DNA of 50,031 nt from a bacterium (lineage in GTDB: Bacteria; Zhuqueibacterota; Zhuqueibacteria; Zhuqueibacterales; Zhuqueibacteraceae). Location of the stretch: assembly GCA_044869275.1 (NCBI GenBank), contig JBIOXB010000033.1:1-50031 (forward strand), read 5' to 3'. The number at the start of each line of letters is the position of its first letter. The stretch's first letter is position 1. Below the pieces are notes generated by a model. The model did no database searches. It saw only the letters and a program-made list of their open reading frames with translations, and was not told where the DNA came from. The position numbers were made by a program, and so were the translations under genes. Below are positions 47,402-50,031 of this stretch, piece by piece.

Positions 47402-47525
47402 GCAGCAGTGTTACCCGCGCGCGGCGCAAGATGGGCATGGGGAAATGGCGTTGAGTTCGAGAGGTGGCAGCGTGTTATTTCGGGGCGCGCTACGCGGGCC
47501 AAAAGTTTGAGGAAAGATCAAGAAC

Positions 47526-47948
47526 ATGGCTAAGCAAATTGTCACGCAAGTCAAGCTGCAAATTCCCGGTGGGCAAGCCAATCCTTCGCCGCCGGTCGGG
47601 CCGGCGCTGGGCCAGCACGGGGTGAATATCATGGAGTTTTGCAAAAGCTTCAATGCCAAAACTTCCGACCGGCCGGGCTTGGTGATTCCCGTCATCATCA
47701 CCATTTACAAGGATCGTTCGTTCACTTTCATTTTGAAAACGCCGCCGGCTTCGGTGTTGTTGGTCAAGGCGGCCGGCCTGGAAAAAGGCTCGGGCGTGCC
47801 TAATCGCAATAAAGTCGGCAAGGTGACGAAAGACCAGGTGCGCCAGATCGCCACGCAAAAAATGGAAGATCTCAACGCGAACACGGTCGAGGCCGCGATG
47901 CGCATGGTAGAAGGTACGGCGCGCAGCATGGGAATCGAAGTGGCATAG
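47526..47948 (+). CDS. rplK: 50S ribosomal protein L11
   Basis: [23 protein letters not shown] and GTARSMG motifs. Confidence 0.98.
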   Translation: MAKQIVTQVKLQIPGGQANPSPPVGPALGQHGVNIMEFCKSFNAKTSDRPGLVIPVIITIYKDRSFTFILKTPPASVLLVKAAGLEKGSGVPNRNKVGKVTKDQVRQIATQKMEDLNANTVEAAMRMVEGTARSMGIEVA

Positions 47949-48024
47949 CGTGGAGGCCATAGCGCATAGCGGATAAGGCATAAAGATCTGATACATGCTA
48001 TGCGCCATGCGCTTTGCTCTATGC
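47943..48024. repeat. Degenerate heptamer-repeat inverted repeat (GCATAGC-like)
   Basis: gcatagc...ccatagcgcatagc...gctatgcgccatgcgctttgctctatgc. Confidence 0.7.
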
Positions 48025-48047
48025 GGCGAAATCGAGAAAGGTTTATA

Positions 48048-48755
48048 ATGAAAAGACACAGTCGCAGATATAACGAGGCCTCGAAGCTGATTGAGCCGGG
48101 TAAAGAGTACTCGCTCGAAGACGCCGTGGCCTTGCTCAAGAAGCTCCCGAAAGCCAAATTCGACGAATCCATCGAGGTGGCGGTGCGTCTGGGCGTGGAC
48201 CCGCGCCACGCCGATCAAGTCGTGCGCGGCACGGTGGCGTTGCCGCACGGCATCGGCAAATCCGTGCGCGTGCTGGTGGTTTGCAAGTCGAACAAGGAAA
48301 CGGAAGCGCGCGAAGCCGGCGCCGATCATGTCGGCTTCGAAGAGTATCTGAAAAAAATCAATGAGGGCTGGTTCGATTTCGATGTCATCATCGCCACGCC
48401 GGACGTGATGGGCGACCTGGGCAAGCTGGGCAAGATTCTCGGCCCGCGCGGTTTAATGCCCAACCCGAAAAGCGGCACGGTGACTTTGGACGTCGGCCAA
48501 GCCGTCAAAGAAGTCAAGGCCGGTAAAATCGAGTTTCGCGTCGACAAGAGCGGCATTTTGCACGTCAACATCGGCAAGTCTTCTTTCAATGAAAAACAAC
48601 TGGCTGACAACATCCGCAGCTTCATCGATACGGTGGCGCGGTTGAAACCGGCTTCGGCCAAAGGCCAGTATTTTCGCAGCATTACCGTCTCCAGCACGAT
48701 GGGCCCCGGCATTCACCTGGACCGCAACGTGGCTATGAGCGAAACGAAATCGTGA
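48048..48755 (+). CDS. rplA: 50S ribosomal protein L1
   Basis: [18 protein letters not shown] and [16 protein letters not shown] motifs. Confidence 0.98.
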   Translation: MKRHSRRYNEASKLIEPGKEYSLEDAVALLKKLPKAKFDESIEVAVRLGVDPRHADQVVRGTVALPHGIGKSVRVLVVCKSNKETEAREAGADHVGFEEYLKKINEGWFDFDVIIATPDVMGDLGKLGKILGPRGLMPNPKSGTVTLDVGQAVKEVKAGKIEFRVDKSGILHVNIGKSSFNEKQLADNIRSFIDTVARLKPASAKGQYFRSITVSSTMGPGIHLDRNVAMSETKS

Positions 48756-48769
48756 CACGAGAAAATAAA

Positions 48770-49306
48770 ATGCCAGACGCCAGAGATGTTCGATCAGAAA
48801 AGCAGGAAGCAGTCGCGCAAATCGCCGGCAAGCTTTCTTCCGCCAAAAGCGTATTTTTGGCCGATTATTCCGGCCTCACGGTGCAAGCTATTACCCTCTT
48901 GCGGCGAAATTTGCGGAAGTCCAACGTCGAGTTCCAGGTCAGCAAAAATAGCTTGGCCCGACTAGCAGCGCAACAAGTGGGGTATAAAGATCTCGTTCCC
49001 CACCTGGAAGGCCCTACCGCCCTGGCTTACGGCATGGGGGATCCGGCTGCGCCTGCAAAAGTCATCACCGAATTCTTGAAGAGCAACGACAAGCCGAAAA
49101 TCAAGGCCATCATTTTCGAGGGCAAATTCTTCGAAGCGAAATCGGTCGAAGACATTGCCAAACTGCCGAGCCGCGAGCAATTGCTGAGCCGCCTGCTGGG
49201 CAGCTTGAATTCGCCGATGACCGGATTGGCCAGCTCGTTGTCGGGCATCATCCGCAAGCTGGCTTACGCGCTCAACGCCGTCGCCGACAGCAAGAAAAGT
49301 TCGTAG
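48770..49306 (+). CDS. rplJ: 50S ribosomal protein L10
   Basis: DY.GLTV, V.KN.L, L.GPTA and A.LPSRE motifs. Start 48752 or 48770. Confidence 0.95.
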   Translation: MPDARDVRSEKQEAVAQIAGKLSSAKSVFLADYSGLTVQAITLLRRNLRKSNVEFQVSKNSLARLAAQQVGYKDLVPHLEGPTALAYGMGDPAAPAKVITEFLKSNDKPKIKAIIFEGKFFEAKSVEDIAKLPSREQLLSRLLGSLNSPMTGLASSLSGIIRKLAYALNAVADSKKSS

Positions 49307-49361
49307 TAGCGCCTTCAGGCGCTATGAAGAAATAAACGCCGGCCCCCGAAGGGGCTACTAC
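49303..49361. repeat. Inverted pair of GTAG-tagged short palindromes
   Basis: gtagtagcgccttcaggcgct...ggcccccgaaggggctactac. Confidence 0.55.
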
Positions 49362-49397
49362 AAACGTATTCAAATTCGTAATCTCAAGGAGGTTTTT

Positions 49398-49793
49398 GTG
49401 TCAACCAACGGCAAGCATGCAGAGATTCTGCAAGCGATCGAGAGCATGACCGTGCTCGAACTTTCCAATTTGGTGAAGGCAATCGAAGAGCGCTTCGGCG
49501 TGACTGCGGCGGCACCCGCCATGGCGATGCCCATGAGTGGCGGCGCCGTGGGCGCGAGCGCGGCACCCGCAGTGGAAGAAAAGACCGAGTTCGACGTGGT
49601 CTTGGTCAACGCCGGCGCGAACAAGATCAACGTGATCAAAGTCGTGCGCACGCTCACCAGTCTGGGCCTGAAAGAAGCCAAAGATCTGGTTGACGGCGCC
49701 CCCAAAACACTGAAAGAAGGCGCGAGCAAGGATGAAGCGCAAAAGATGAAGCAGCAACTGGAAGAAGCCGGCGCCACTGTTGAGGTGAAGTAA
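49398..49793 (+). CDS. rplL: 50S ribosomal protein L7/L12
   Basis: [17 protein letters not shown] and [13 protein letters not shown] motifs. Confidence 0.98.
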   Translation: MSTNGKHAEILQAIESMTVLELSNLVKAIEERFGVTAAAPAMAMPMSGGAVGASAAPAVEEKTEFDVVLVNAGANKINVIKVVRTLTSLGLKEAKDLVDGAPKTLKEGASKDEAQKMKQQLEEAGATVEVK

Positions 49794-49846
49794 GGACGAC
49801 CTTCATGGCAACAGCAGTTTTGCTTTTCACCGGGTTCATTTTCTAA

Positions 49847-50031
49847 GTGAATAATTCGATGGATCATTTTAACGGCAAGCGGTATTCTTTTTCCAAGCTC
49901 AGTTCGGTCATTGAATTGCCGGACTTGCTGGATATTCAATTGCGGTCTTTCAACGAGTTTCTCCAGATCGACGTCGAGCCCTCCCTGCGCACCAATAAAG
50001 GCATGCAGGCGGTGTTCAAATCGGTGTTTCC
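49847..50031 (+). CDS. rpoB: RNA polymerase beta subunit, N-terminal fragment truncated by the window end
   Basis: Translated by hand: ...KRYSFSKLSSVIELPDLLDIQLRSFNEFLQ...GMQAVFKSVF. Follows rplL. Confidence 0.93.
   Translation, partial: MNNSMDHFNGKRYSFSKLSSVIELPDLLDIQLRSFNEFLQIDVEPSLRTNKGMQAVFKSVF

Noticed and set aside
47402..47525. Possible L1-binding leader before rplK
   Set aside because: A GC-rich stem is possible, but the L1 consensus could not be identified by eye.

Overview
A GC-rich bacterial chromosome segment. The protein families point to an FCB-group organism, most like candidate division KSB1, Calditrichota or Ignavibacteria; this is inferred from FlgD-Ig/T9SS-like C-terminal sorting domains, a PorV-like gene and a SusD-less TonB receptor cluster. 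Layout: (1) 0.2-13.6 kb is a same-strand housekeeping/cofactor run (apbC/mrp, MBL hydrolase, thioesterase, queG, Lon-N, moaD, moaE, DJ-1, TIGR01212-like radical SAM, diheme cytochrome c, folE, rlmH, ispH, yigZ). (2) 13.6-21.6 kb is accessory: a C39-like peptidase behind a structured leader, an alpha/beta hydrolase, a large Ig-repeat surface protein, a candidate ECF-sigma sRNA and a lipoprotein. (3) rlmB, nif3 and rpiA follow. (4) 24.4-40.5 kb is a surface locus (TonB receptor, PorV-like barrel, two lipoproteins, three sorting-domain proteins, two of them with OB folds), proposed as a nucleic-acid scavenging system. It is interrupted by an AAA/DUF4143 ATPase, a palindrome-flanked GIY-YIG gene and two MITE-like elements. 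(5) An esterase and four glycosyltransferases. (6) tRNA Thr-Tyr-Gly-Thr, rpmG, tRNA-Trp, secE, nusG, rplKAJL and the start of rpoB, with no tuf gene at its usual position. No CRISPR array, prophage or rRNA was seen. All calls come from motif recognition by eye, without database searches.
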